Source: an uncultured Planctomycetales bacterium
Lineage (GTDB): Bacteria > Omnitrophota > Gorgyraeia > Zapsychrales > GWA2-47-8
Reading direction: 5' to 3'
DNA: 64,000 bases
Assembly: GCA_964499685.1 (NCBI GenBank)
Contig: CAZCLW010000006.1
Coordinates: 4,011-68,010, forward strand
The translations under genes and the position numbers were made by a program. The notes beneath the pieces were generated by a model, which saw nothing but the letters and a program-made list of their open reading frames with translations, ran no database searches and was not told the DNA's origin. Positions 19,939-29,084 of this stretch are shown one piece after another (position 1 is the first letter of the stretch; each line of letters opens with the position of its first letter).

Positions 19939-20559
19939 TTAAGGCTGATTGACAACGATCAAAAAACAAGGGTCTTTCTTTTCACAAACCGCCCGGGAAG
20001 CTTCCGTGCTTTCGGGAATGGCCACTGTCTCGGAAGCCAGAAGGCCGTCCGCAGAAGCGGCAACTTCATTCTTTATTATCTGTAGAATCTCATCCCCGTT
20101 GTAGTTGACCTTAAAATCATCATATATCAGCGCGTTAGCGCTCAGACGGCTCAAATTAATAGGTGCAAAGGGTAATTCATATTTTAACGTCAAAGATCCG
20201 CTCAGGTCGATGTTGTCAGTCGATTTTTCTCCTTTATCCAGAAATACGATCAAGTCCGACTCCTCCATCATCCACTCCGTTGCAGATGTCTGCACGGTCC
20301 GCAACCGCCGGAAAACGACTTGCGAAGGCCTTGTGGCGCCTTTTAAGGTTTCCGTGACCTTGAACATGACCGTTTCAATGGTCCACAGCGGCGTTTGGGC
20401 GCTGGCCATCTGCTTACTGACGGACTGGACCTTTCCGCGCAGAATGATCGGGGCTGAGCGGGCCATCCATTCCAAGCTTGGAGCGACCACGGCTTCCTCG
20501 GCCGGGGCCGATGAAGACAGAAAGATCAATAGGAATGAAATAAGAAATCTTCGTGTCAT
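19939..20559 (-). CDS. Secreted hypothetical protein
   Basis: 206 aa with an N-terminal signal peptide (MTRRFLISFLLIFLSSSAPA) and no recognisable domain. Confidence 0.5.
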   Translation of the reverse strand: MTRRFLISFLLIFLSSSAPAEEAVVAPSLEWMARSAPIILRGKVQSVSKQMASAQTPLWTIETVMFKVTETLKGATRPSQVVFRRLRTVQTSATEWMMEESDLIVFLDKGEKSTDNIDLSGSLTLKYELPFAPINLSRLSANALIYDDFKVNYNGDEILQIIKNEVAASADGLLASETVAIPESTEASRAVCEKKDPCFLIVVNQP

Positions 20560-21131
20560 TATTTTATCAGCTGCAAAACGGCCTTGAATTTCTCTCCTTC
20601 AGCCTTTCTTAACAACTCACAGGCGACGATCTCCAATCCCGTAATGATGCCTCCGGCCTGCTTTATGCGCTCCAAACCCAAGCTCTTATTTTCGGCGGTC
20701 CGGGAAGATACCGCATCGGCAATGATTTGCACTTCATACTTTTGCTCAACCAACTCCGCGGCGGTCTGATACACGCAGACATGGGTCTCAATACCAGCGA
20801 TCAAAACCTGTTTGCGCTTTGACCGCTTCAACGCGTTCATGAAAGCCGTGCTCTGCGTACAACTAAAAGTACTTTTTTCAATAGGATGATTATCCTTAAG
20901 TAAAGCACTGATCTCCGGCAGCGTGCTGCCGATCTTGGCCGGAACCTGCTCCGTCCACAAAATGGGAATCTTAAGAATATTGGCCAATTTGATCAGACCC
21001 TGAATATTCTTGAGGACCCTGTCCCGCTCGTGCATGATCTGGGCAAGCTTTCCCTGCACATCCACGATAACAAAAATAGCTGATTCCGTATGCAACATAA
21101 TAAAGAAGCCATGCACCGTCGCGCGATGCAT
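20559..21131 (-). CDS. Isochorismatase-family cysteine hydrolase
   Basis: 190 aa with the ...VIVDVQ... pattern of the isochorismatase family. Confidence 0.75.
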   Translation of the reverse strand: MHRATVHGFFIMLHTESAIFVIVDVQGKLAQIMHERDRVLKNIQGLIKLANILKIPILWTEQVPAKIGSTLPEISALLKDNHPIEKSTFSCTQSTAFMNALKRSKRKQVLIAGIETHVCVYQTAAELVEQKYEVQIIADAVSSRTAENKSLGLERIKQAGGIITGLEIVACELLRKAEGEKFKAVLQLIK

Positions 21132-21159
21132 GGCTCAATCTTTCAGATAAATTCCTTCA

Positions 21160-21765
21160 TTATTCTTTGGTGATGATCCCGCAGGCGATACGGCCGCCGG
21201 CGTTACCGGTCGGCTGGCCGAAGTCATCGGCCTTTTCATGCAGGATAATGGCTAGACCCGATATATTATATTCTCCTTCGGTAAGACTGACCCCCGGAAG
21301 CAGGCCGGTATAGATCCCGTGGCCGTTTGCATCGATCTCTATATTGCCCATATCGCCGGCATGGGCCTCGTCCAGGCCGTCATGAAAAAGATGCCCATGA
21401 GGAACACTGTTGGGATTGTAATGTCCTCCTGCGGCATTTCCACTATCGGCGCAGCTTCCTTTTTCATGAACATGAAAGCCATGCGGGCCGGGATTGGGAA
21501 CATTAAAAACTTCCGCGTCCATGATCACTCCTTCGGCTGTTTCGCTTAACCGAACATGTCCGTTGATCGGCGAACCTTCCTGTGTGCCCTGAAGGTTAGC
21601 TTGGGCCGTTGCCGTAACAATAGCCACCTCTCCCTCTTCTTCAGCCATCGGGATAGTTTGCTTCATTTGAAGATCTTCGTTCGTGGAAGGCGGATATTGC
21701 GCGTAACTGCTTGAAAGAAAAACAAAAAGGAAAAGACTAAAAACGGCGACGCAGGATTTGCTCAT
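21160..21765 (-). CDS. sodC: Periplasmic Cu/Zn superoxide dismutase
   Basis: Signal peptide plus HGFHVHEKGSC and ...GGHYNP... metal-ligand motifs. Confidence 0.9.
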   Translation of the reverse strand: MSKSCVAVFSLFLFVFLSSSYAQYPPSTNEDLQMKQTIPMAEEEGEVAIVTATAQANLQGTQEGSPINGHVRLSETAEGVIMDAEVFNVPNPGPHGFHVHEKGSCADSGNAAGGHYNPNSVPHGHLFHDGLDEAHAGDMGNIEIDANGHGIYTGLLPGVSLTEGEYNISGLAIILHEKADDFGQPTGNAGGRIACGIITKE

Positions 21766-21877
21766 GACTTCCTCCTAAAAATTTCCGCGGGAAGCGGCCT
21801 CATTCATGCAGAAAGAAAACTAACGCAGAAGTACTCTAACATTCGGCTTGGGGGCTGTCAAGCGCTTCAGGAAGAGC

Positions 21878-22144
21878 CTAGGAGGCAGCCTTAGATTGCT
21901 TCAAAATTTCATCCAGAATCTGAACATATCCGGACGTTTTCTCGTAAATCTCTTTATCAGAAAAGTTTGAAAGAAAAGGGGCCAGGGCCTTTTCCACTTC
22001 TTCAAAAGGTATTTCCTCTTCCGGCCGGTCGGCAAAAGCCTTCAGGGCCGCAACAAGCTTAGCCTTGGCCACAAGAGGATTTTTACCCTCCATACCCTCG
22101 GACGCAGAACCATCGGCATTGGTAATGGTAAGTTTGATCATCAA
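21878..22144 (-). CDS. Hypothetical small acidic protein
   Basis: 88 aa. Overlaps the upstream CBS gene by 4 nt. Confidence 0.4.
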   Translation of the reverse strand: MMIKLTITNADGSASEGMEGKNPLVAKAKLVAALKAFADRPEEEIPFEEVEKALAPFLSNFSDKEIYEKTSGYVQILDEILKQSKAAS

Positions 22145-22548
22145 TGGAACCGGTGACCGGAAATGGTATCTTTAATCTCCAAAATAAGGGAAATGATGTC
22201 CGGCCGGCTGACGATGCCGATCAGCTTCCCCTCTTTGGCGATCGGTACGCGACGCACAGGGCTTTTTAGAAAGAATTTACACACCTCAATCACGCTATCT
22301 TCTTCGGCAAAGCAGACCACATCTTTGACCATGTAATCCGCGACCGTCTCCTGATAAATAAGATCGCGATTCAGCAAGATGCGTAAGACATCCTTCTCCG
22401 TCAAAATTCCCCTGATGCGGCACTCATCATCCACGACCGGCATGCCGCTGATATGATGCTTCTTAAGCAGCTGCATCGCCTCGATGATCGGCGTTTCCGG
22501 CTTCACTGTGATTACATCGGTGGTCATGATCGTCTTGACCGGGATCAT
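22141..22548 (-). CDS. CBS-domain pair protein
   Basis: Tandem CBS motifs. I chose the ATG at 22546-22548, which is preceded by a strong AAGGAAGGA SD. The track start at 22605 would overlap amrS. Confidence 0.7.
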   Translation of the reverse strand: MIPVKTIMTTDVITVKPETPIIEAMQLLKKHHISGMPVVDDECRIRGILTEKDVLRILLNRDLIYQETVADYMVKDVVCFAEEDSVIEVCKFFLKSPVRRVPIAKEGKLIGIVSRPDIISLILEIKDTISGHRFH

Positions 22549-22565
22549 AGGATGCTTCCTTCCTT

Positions 22566-23648
22566 TTAGCGTGAGATCTGGATCGCCTGCCGCTTGGGAC
22601 CCCACTGGCCGCGGCCCTCTTCAAAGCGGCCGGGCAATACGGCGAAACAAAACTTGCACTGATTACTATTGATCAAATTATACTCGCCCAATTCATACCA
22701 GTCACGCTCAATCAAAAGTTTTTTGCAATTGGCGCAATACGTACTTGAGCCTTTGGGATCATGGACATTGCCGGTATACACATAATGCAATCCTTTCGAA
22801 AGAGCGATTTCCCGTGCACGGGTCAGCGTCGAAGGCGGTGTAGGCGGATGATCAAGCATGCGGAAATCCGGATGAAAAGCCGTAAAGTGCAGCGGTACAT
22901 CCGGCCCCAGATTCTTAATAATCCAATCCGACATTTCATTCAATTCTTTATCGCTGTCGTTCTCGCCCGGAATCAAAAGATTGGTAATCTCAAACCAGAC
23001 GCTCGTTTTCGTCTTTAAATAAACAAGTGTTTCCAGGACCGGTTTTAAAGCGGACAGCGTGACCTTCTTGTAAAAATCCTCCGTAAATGCCTTTAAATCC
23101 ACATTGGCGGCGTCCATATGCTGATAAAATTCCGGGCGGGCTTCGTCTGTGATATAGCCGGCGGTCTTGGCCACCGGATGGATCCCCAGGGCGCGGCATT
23201 CGTCAGCTACATCCATTGCATATTCCGCAAAAATGACGGGATCATTGTACGTAAATGCAACACTTTTACAGCCGTGACGCTGGGCCGCCAAGGCAATCTC
23301 TTTGGGCGAAGCCTGATCCGCCAACTGTTCGAATTCTTTGGATTTACTGATACTCCAATTTTGACAGAACTTGCATCCCAGATTACATCCGGCGGTCCCG
23401 AAGGAAAGAATACTGGTCCCAGGAAAATAATGATTCAACGGCTTTTTCTCGATCGGATCAATGCAAAAACCGCTGCTACGGCCGTAAGTGGTAAGCACGA
23501 CCTTTCCGCCGATGCTCTGGCGGACAAAACAAAATCCTCTCTGTCCTTCATGCAAAGCACACCGACGGGGGCAAAGATTGCATAAAATCCGGCCGTCCTC
23601 CAATTTGTGCCAGAAACGACCGACATAATTTTTTGATTGAGTAACCAT
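22566..23648 (-). CDS. amrS: AmmeMemoRadiSam-system radical SAM enzyme (AmrS-like)
   Basis: An N-terminal Cys-rich CNLCPRRCALHEGQRGFCFVR motif is followed by a CNLGCKFCQNW radical-SAM motif. 360 aa. Confidence 0.75.
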   Translation of the reverse strand: MVTQSKNYVGRFWHKLEDGRILCNLCPRRCALHEGQRGFCFVRQSIGGKVVLTTYGRSSGFCIDPIEKKPLNHYFPGTSILSFGTAGCNLGCKFCQNWSISKSKEFEQLADQASPKEIALAAQRHGCKSVAFTYNDPVIFAEYAMDVADECRALGIHPVAKTAGYITDEARPEFYQHMDAANVDLKAFTEDFYKKVTLSALKPVLETLVYLKTKTSVWFEITNLLIPGENDSDKELNEMSDWIIKNLGPDVPLHFTAFHPDFRMLDHPPTPPSTLTRAREIALSKGLHYVYTGNVHDPKGSSTYCANCKKLLIERDWYELGEYNLINSNQCKFCFAVLPGRFEEGRGQWGPKRQAIQISR

Positions 23649-23710
23649 GGTTTTTTCCTCTTTAACTTTAGTCTAATACTCAAGATTTGCTTAATCAAGA
23701 TTATTTTCGC

Positions 23711-23739
23711 CTTGATTTGGCTGGTTTTTGGTATTATAT
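23711..23739 (+). promoter_or_regulatory. Sigma70-like promoter for the sulfite/nitrite reductase gene: -35 TTGATT, 17-nt spacer, -10 TATATT. It shares an AT-rich divergent region with the amrS promoter.
   Basis: Motifs found in the 126-nt divergent intergenic region. The minus strand has a TATAAT at 23732-23737 that could serve amrS. Confidence 0.35.
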
Positions 23740-23774
23740 TGATAAATCTTTAACTTAAAAAGCAAACTATTACC

Positions 23775-25595
23775 ATGAAAAAAGAATTTAATCCGAATTT
23801 TCGCACTCCCCGGCATGAATTCTGCCGTGAGGAAAACAATAAGCTGACCGCCCATCTGCGCCAAAACCAGATGTTCGAAGAGCTCCGGGACACCAACCGG
23901 GGCGATGTGGAATGGCAGGTCGAGCAGCTGGCCAAATCGCACGGTATTTACCTGGAATTCGACCGCGCCAAAACCGGCGAAGAAAAGGAGTGGATGTACA
24001 TGGTCCGCATCAGCGTGACCGGCGGCGGGCCCATCACGCGCCAGCAATGGCAGATCCTGGATGAGCTTTCCGAAAAATACACCAAGGATACAGACGGACA
24101 TCCTTCCATCCGCCTTACCACCCGTCAAAATATCCAGTTCCATTGGATAAAGAAGCATGCTGTTGTCGAGGTCGTCAAAAGGATTGCCGAAGCCGGATGG
24201 AATACTTTAAACGGCTGCGGGGACAACACGCGTAACGTTATGGGCTGCCCCTGCTCGCGCTATTCAGACGTCTTCAACGCTCACGAATGGGCGGCCTGGG
24301 CCGGACAGTACTTTCAGCTTCCCCTCGATCCTTTTATCAAGGTTTATTCGATCGATCCTAAATATGTCCGCCAGCCGGAAGAATCGTTCCAGTATGGACC
24401 GAATTTGTTAAACCGTAAATTCAAGATCGCCTTCTCGACCATTCACCGCGATCCTGAAACCGGAAAATTAAAAGCGGATAACTGCGTGGAACTACGCACC
24501 AATGATCTCTCTGTTGCACCCATTATCGAGAACGGCAAGGTGACAAAATTCCAGATTTACCTCGGCGGCGGACAAGGTGAGCGTAACGGAAAGCCGACGA
24601 CAGCGGCCCTGGGTGTTCCCTTCTGCCGCTGCAGCGCCGACCAGCTCAAAAATATTCTGGATGCGGTCGTCAAAGTCCACATGGAATGGGGCGACCGGCA
24701 AAACCGTTTCTGGGCGCGCGTTAAATATGTCGTCAAAAAAATGGGGATCGACTGGTACCGCGACCAGGTAAGCGCCGTCGTGGGCTTTCCTCTGGAAAAA
24801 CCGGACCCTGTTCATGACCACGGGCCGCGGGAACTTCATTACGGATGGATCCCGCAGCCGACAAACGGTCTTCTCAGCTATGGATTTTTTTTAGAGAACG
24901 GCCGCATCACGGATAATAGTCCGAATGGAAAGTTAAAATCCATGCTGCGCGAGCTTATGAGCAAATATCCCGTAGAATTGATGATCACGCCGAATCAGGA
25001 CGCGCTTTTGCAAAACATACCGCCGGCGGCAAAAATGGATTTTGAAACTGATCTTAAGAGATTCGGTTATGGAGTGCGAAACGGTAAACCATACTCCACT
25101 CTACGGCTGCTATCAGGTGCCTGTGTCGGCCGCGATACCTGCCGCCTGACCTATACGGATTCTGAAAAATTTGAACCTTTTCTTATCGACGAGCTTGAGA
25201 CCATGGGCTGGGGGGACCTGAAGGAATCCATCGGCATTACGGGGTGCGAGCGCCAGTGCTTCCGTCCGGCGACGAAAACGATCGGGCTTATTGGAAGCGG
25301 CCTGGACCGTTATCAGCTGAAATTATTCGGAGGTGAGGACGCCCGCCATCAAGGTACGCCGCTCATTTCCGGCGACGGACAGGCGATGTATCTGCGTTCT
25401 ATTCCGCGCGAACGCGTCGCCCAAGTCCTGGATGCGATATTTAAATCGTATAAAAAGAACGCAAAGTCCGGAGAAGATTTGGGAACGTATCATCGTCGTA
25501 TCGGCGCGGATGGCATCATCGCCAATCTTAAAGCTGACCCGGCGACTGCGGACCTGATGGGAAAAACTTTCCCAACGGATTGCGTCCTTGATTAA
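23775..25595 (+). CDS. Ferredoxin-dependent sulfite/nitrite reductase hemoprotein (NirA/Sir family, siroheme-4Fe4S)
   Basis: 606 aa with two NiR/SiR ferredoxin-like half domains and cluster-ligand cysteines (...GCPCSRY..., ...TGCERQC...). It is probably the sulfite reductase that completes the cys pathway. Confidence 0.8.
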   Translation: MKKEFNPNFRTPRHEFCREENNKLTAHLRQNQMFEELRDTNRGDVEWQVEQLAKSHGIYLEFDRAKTGEEKEWMYMVRISVTGGGPITRQQWQILDELSEKYTKDTDGHPSIRLTTRQNIQFHWIKKHAVVEVVKRIAEAGWNTLNGCGDNTRNVMGCPCSRYSDVFNAHEWAAWAGQYFQLPLDPFIKVYSIDPKYVRQPEESFQYGPNLLNRKFKIAFSTIHRDPETGKLKADNCVELRTNDLSVAPIIENGKVTKFQIYLGGGQGERNGKPTTAALGVPFCRCSADQLKNILDAVVKVHMEWGDRQNRFWARVKYVVKKMGIDWYRDQVSAVVGFPLEKPDPVHDHGPRELHYGWIPQPTNGLLSYGFFLENGRITDNSPNGKLKSMLRELMSKYPVELMITPNQDALLQNIPPAAKMDFETDLKRFGYGVRNGKPYSTLRLLSGACVGRDTCRLTYTDSEKFEPFLIDELETMGWGDLKESIGITGCERQCFRPATKTIGLIGSGLDRYQLKLFGGEDARHQGTPLISGDGQAMYLRSIPRERVAQVLDAIFKSYKKNAKSGEDLGTYHRRIGADGIIANLKADPATADLMGKTFPTDCVLD

Positions 25596-25742
25596 CTATC
25601 TTGTTCCGCCGGTTCCGGTTGCGGCATCGTAAATATTTTCACCGGTGTTTTGGATGTCCTTTCCGATACCCTTGATGGTTTCACATCCTACCAGTGTCAC
25701 CACAAACATTAAGCACAATAATTGCAGCATAGCCTTTCTCAT
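25596..25742 (-). CDS. ecnB: Entericidin EcnA/EcnB-family small lipoprotein
   Basis: Hand-called 48-aa ORF, below the track's size cut-off: MRKAMLQLLCLMFVVTLVGCETIKGIGKDIQNTGENIYDAATGTGGTR. It has a lipobox LVGC and entericidin-like G-x-G-x-DI-x-x-x-G-x-x-I. Strong GAGGAGGAG SD 5 nt upstream of the ATG. Confidence 0.75.
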   Translation of the reverse strand: MRKAMLQLLCLMFVVTLVGCETIKGIGKDIQNTGENIYDAATGTGGTR

Positions 25743-25765
25743 AGTCTCCTCCTCATTGTCGTTTG

Positions 25766-27139
25766 TTATCCCAAAACTTTCAGCATATCTTCGGTCTTAA
25801 CGAATTTCTCACGCGGCTTGCCGTTCTTTTGACCGGCCGCAATCTCGGCGGCATCGATCTTTTTCCAGCCATTGAAATCAACGACCTTGATGCCTTTTCC
25901 TTTTAAGAAGGCCATGGCCGCGTTTGTGTCGGGTTTTTCGCAAGGTTTCAATTTAGGCGCGTCAGCGATCAGATTTTGGACCGTTTCAACACTGTCGGGT
26001 TTGTTGGTCCCGATAACCCCCGATGGCCCGCGCTTGATCCAACCCGCCGCATAGAGACCAGAGACGACATTTCCATTCTCGGTTATACGTCCGCCTTGGT
26101 TGGGGAAAATGCCCTTCTTTTCCTCGAACGGAACACCCGGGATGGGAACACCGCGGTAGCCGACACTGCGAAACAGGATCCCGCACTTCATTTCTTCCAT
26201 CCGCCCAGTTCCTTCCGCCTTTTGCTTTCCGGCGGGGCCGGACAATTTGTTCTTTTCCAAAACTAAAGACTCCAGCCGGCCGCTACCCTTCAGCTCCTTT
26301 GGACTTTTAAAAAAATGAATGACGAATTTTTTGCTCTTGCCGGAAGGCTTGCGCTCGGCATATTCCTTTAAGACATCAAAATTTTTCTTTTTGGGAGCAT
26401 TGGTCGGATCGCTCAGCTCCGCCTCGCTTTCCGGATTGAGCTTGAGATCGTTGGGATCAAGAATCGGGTCGCAGTCGGCCAGTTCGCCGAATTCTTTGAT
26501 TTCCGGCGGCGTAAAGGCCGCCTGGGCGGGTCCACGCCGGCCGATCAGATGGACCTCTTTCACTTTACTCTTCGCCAAGGCGTCTAGCGCATGCTGGGCA
26601 ATATCCGTCGTCTTCAACTCCTCAACTGTTTTGCACAAAATACGGCCGACATCCATCGCCACATTTCCCTGGCCGACAACAACCGCGACTTCATGGGAAA
26701 GATCGAATTGCCGATCACGGTATTCCGGATGGCCGTTGTACCAGGCGACAAATTCAGTCGCGGTATAACTTCCGCTCAAATCTTCGCCTGGAACACCCAA
26801 TTTATTGTCGGTCTGCGCGCCGCAGGTGAATAAAATAGCATCATAATATGCCTGCAACTCTTTAACGCTTATGTCTTTGCCCACCAGAACATTTCCAAAA
26901 AGTGAAAAATCCGGATTACCGGCCGTTTTTTCATAAACCTTAATGACGTTTTTGATCTTGGGATGGTCCGGCGCAACACCATAACGCACTAAACCGAACG
27001 GGGCGGCCAAACGGTCATACATGTCGACCTTGGCCTTTATCTTTCCTGAAAGCAATTCTTCGGCGGCGTAAAAACCGCTCGGGCCGCTGCCGACGATCGC
27101 AACGCGTAGGGGTCGTTCGGGAGAACCAAGACTAGCCAT
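25766..27139 (-). CDS. fprA: FprA/adrenodoxin-reductase-type NADPH:ferredoxin oxidoreductase
   Basis: FAD motif VAIVGSGPSGFYAA and a second NAD(P) Rossmann. I chose the ATG at 27137-27139, which has an AAAGGAG SD; the track's 27160 is a TTG. Confidence 0.75.
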   Translation of the reverse strand: MASLGSPERPLRVAIVGSGPSGFYAAEELLSGKIKAKVDMYDRLAAPFGLVRYGVAPDHPKIKNVIKVYEKTAGNPDFSLFGNVLVGKDISVKELQAYYDAILFTCGAQTDNKLGVPGEDLSGSYTATEFVAWYNGHPEYRDRQFDLSHEVAVVVGQGNVAMDVGRILCKTVEELKTTDIAQHALDALAKSKVKEVHLIGRRGPAQAAFTPPEIKEFGELADCDPILDPNDLKLNPESEAELSDPTNAPKKKNFDVLKEYAERKPSGKSKKFVIHFFKSPKELKGSGRLESLVLEKNKLSGPAGKQKAEGTGRMEEMKCGILFRSVGYRGVPIPGVPFEEKKGIFPNQGGRITENGNVVSGLYAAGWIKRGPSGVIGTNKPDSVETVQNLIADAPKLKPCEKPDTNAAMAFLKGKGIKVVDFNGWKKIDAAEIAAGQKNGKPREKFVKTEDMLKVLG

Positions 27140-27168
27140 AAATACTCCTTTCGTGGACAATGTTGCGG

Positions 27169-28491
27169 TTATTCGTTTTCGGTCGTACTAACGATCGCTT
27201 CATGCAATTTGTTTCGGCGGAGCTTGCGTACCATGATCGTTATCCCTGAATTTGTAATGATATCGCCGCCCTGGACAGGTCTTCCCAATTTCTGTTCGCA
27301 CCATTCCGCCAAACGCAAATTCCCTTCCTCGCCATGATGCGGCGGGAAATTCATGCCCATAACAGAAAAAACGGTCTTAAGAGAAACGCCGCCGCCCACA
27401 AGCCACTTTTTCCCGTAGGGATGCGTGTAGAGCGGCAGGCGGTCAAATTCATCTTCGATTTCGCCGACCATCTCTTCAATAATGTCTTCCAGCGTGACCA
27501 TGCCGACAATACCCTGCCCTCCGGCGCTAACGAGGATAATGTGGCTTTTCTCCTGCATTAATTGCTCAAGAACAGAGGAAATGGAGACATTGGCATCGAC
27601 CATTTTAATAGGACGCAGAATCCCCTTAAGATTGGGTTCCTGAGGGCTTGTTTTTAAGGCGATAATGATGTCCTTAAAATTAACATAGCCGATAATGGTC
27701 TGCGGATCGCCGTCGCGCAAGCACACGGGAAAGCGGGTATGCATGTCTAGATGGGCCCGTATCAAGGCATCTGAGAGCGAGATATCGAGCGGGAATGTCA
27801 TAACATGCTCAACCGGAAGCATGCAGTCTTTGACCGGCCGCAGCGACAGTTGGGCCGCCGAAAGCACGATACGCTCTTCCCGCGCACTGATCAAGCGCGA
27901 GGTACGCGCAAAACCGACGGCCGCATCAAATTCAGAAAGGGCTTGATGCGTATCAGCTGTCCCTTGTGTGCGGTTCTTTTGCTTGCCCAGAAGTATGACG
28001 GACTTAACGATCTTTTCAAAAATCGTTATGATCGGCGACCCCAGCTGAAAAAGTAATTTGATGGCAGGTGAAAGCGTAACGCAGATAAATTCTTTATTGT
28101 TCAGCGCAAATACCTTAGGAATGAGTTCGGCAAAAATAATGATACAAGCGCTCAATGGAAGGATAAAAAACATCAAGGAAAGCATTTGAGAAAGGGCGTG
28201 CGATAAACCAAACCTTTCCTGCAACCAGGGCGCGGCGAGCTCTACTGCGCCGACACCGCCGGTCGCGGCCGCGATGGCCCCCACCAGGGTTATGCCGAGT
28301 TGGACGACCGCCAGGCTGGCCTCCATCCTGTCTTTCATGAACAGCGCTTCAGCGGCGCCTTTTTTCTTTTGTGAGGCCAGGATCGAAAGCTTGGCCCGGG
28401 GAATGGACGCCAGCGCCATTTCATAGGCGGCAAAGACCGCGTTCAGCAAAAGCATGGTGCCGACAACCAAGAATTGATAAGCAATGGGCAT
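27169..28491 (-). CDS. CNNM/CorC/HlyC-family divalent-cation transport protein (DUF21 + CBS pair + CorC_HlyC)
   Basis: 440 aa with an N-terminal 4-TM DUF21, a CBS pair and a C-terminal transporter-associated domain. Confidence 0.8.
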   Translation of the reverse strand: MPIAYQFLVVGTMLLLNAVFAAYEMALASIPRAKLSILASQKKKGAAEALFMKDRMEASLAVVQLGITLVGAIAAATGGVGAVELAAPWLQERFGLSHALSQMLSLMFFILPLSACIIIFAELIPKVFALNNKEFICVTLSPAIKLLFQLGSPIITIFEKIVKSVILLGKQKNRTQGTADTHQALSEFDAAVGFARTSRLISAREERIVLSAAQLSLRPVKDCMLPVEHVMTFPLDISLSDALIRAHLDMHTRFPVCLRDGDPQTIIGYVNFKDIIIALKTSPQEPNLKGILRPIKMVDANVSISSVLEQLMQEKSHIILVSAGGQGIVGMVTLEDIIEEMVGEIEDEFDRLPLYTHPYGKKWLVGGGVSLKTVFSVMGMNFPPHHGEEGNLRLAEWCEQKLGRPVQGGDIITNSGITIMVRKLRRNKLHEAIVSTTENE

Positions 28492-28494
28492 GAA

Positions 28495-28620
28495 TTATTT
28501 CTTTTCGCCGGGATGATCTTTATGCTTTGGACCGCAGCAACCGCCACATCCGCTTTTTTTTACAAAAAACAGGATAAGGGCGAGGACAACAACCGCGATG
28601 ACGACACTAACAATGCTCAT
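28495..28620 (-). CDS. FeoB-associated Cys-rich membrane protein family micro-protein
   Basis: Hand-called 41-aa ORF: MSIVSVVIAVVVLALILFFVKKSGCGGCCGPKHKDHPGEKK. One TM helix plus a Cys-rich tail. Its ATG overlaps the DUF2062 stop as ATGA. Confidence 0.65.
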   Translation of the reverse strand: MSIVSVVIAVVVLALILFFVKKSGCGGCCGPKHKDHPGEKK

Positions 28621-29078
28621 TTTTTCTTCTCCCTTGCTATAAGGATACCATACGATACAAGATAAGCCGCTGCTCCGGCTGCAAAACTTATTATAAGGAA
28701 ACCGGCCACCATCGCCAATAGCATATTTACGATTTCAGGATGATGTACTTTTGACCATTCAAAATTCTGGATCAAATCGTTCCAGACAGTTTGGAGCGTT
28801 CCGAGGTCCGTGCGGCTAAATCTAGCTCCCAGCTTTACCGCCAGAGTAAAGGTGATGACCGTAAACCAGGTATTGGTCAAAAGACTGCCCAACAATGCCG
28901 CCGCCTTGTTTGCCCTCAGCAAATAAGCGGCCACAAGCGAGGCGATCGGGCCCGCGCCGGGAAAAATACCCAAGAATACACCAAGAGCAAGACCCAGAGC
29001 TTTACGGTGCGGTGTATCATGGATCTCCACAAGCTGATGATAAACAGCCTTAAGCCAACGCTTGAATTTTTGATGCAT
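28617..29078 (-). CDS. DUF2062-family membrane protein
   Basis: 153 aa with a conserved GVFLGIFPGAGP motif. Confidence 0.7.
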   Translation of the reverse strand: MHQKFKRWLKAVYHQLVEIHDTPHRKALGLALGVFLGIFPGAGPIASLVAAYLLRANKAAALLGSLLTNTWFTVITFTLAVKLGARFSRTDLGTLQTVWNDLIQNFEWSKVHHPEIVNMLLAMVAGFLIISFAAGAAAYLVSYGILIAREKKK

Positions 29079-29084
29079 ATACGG

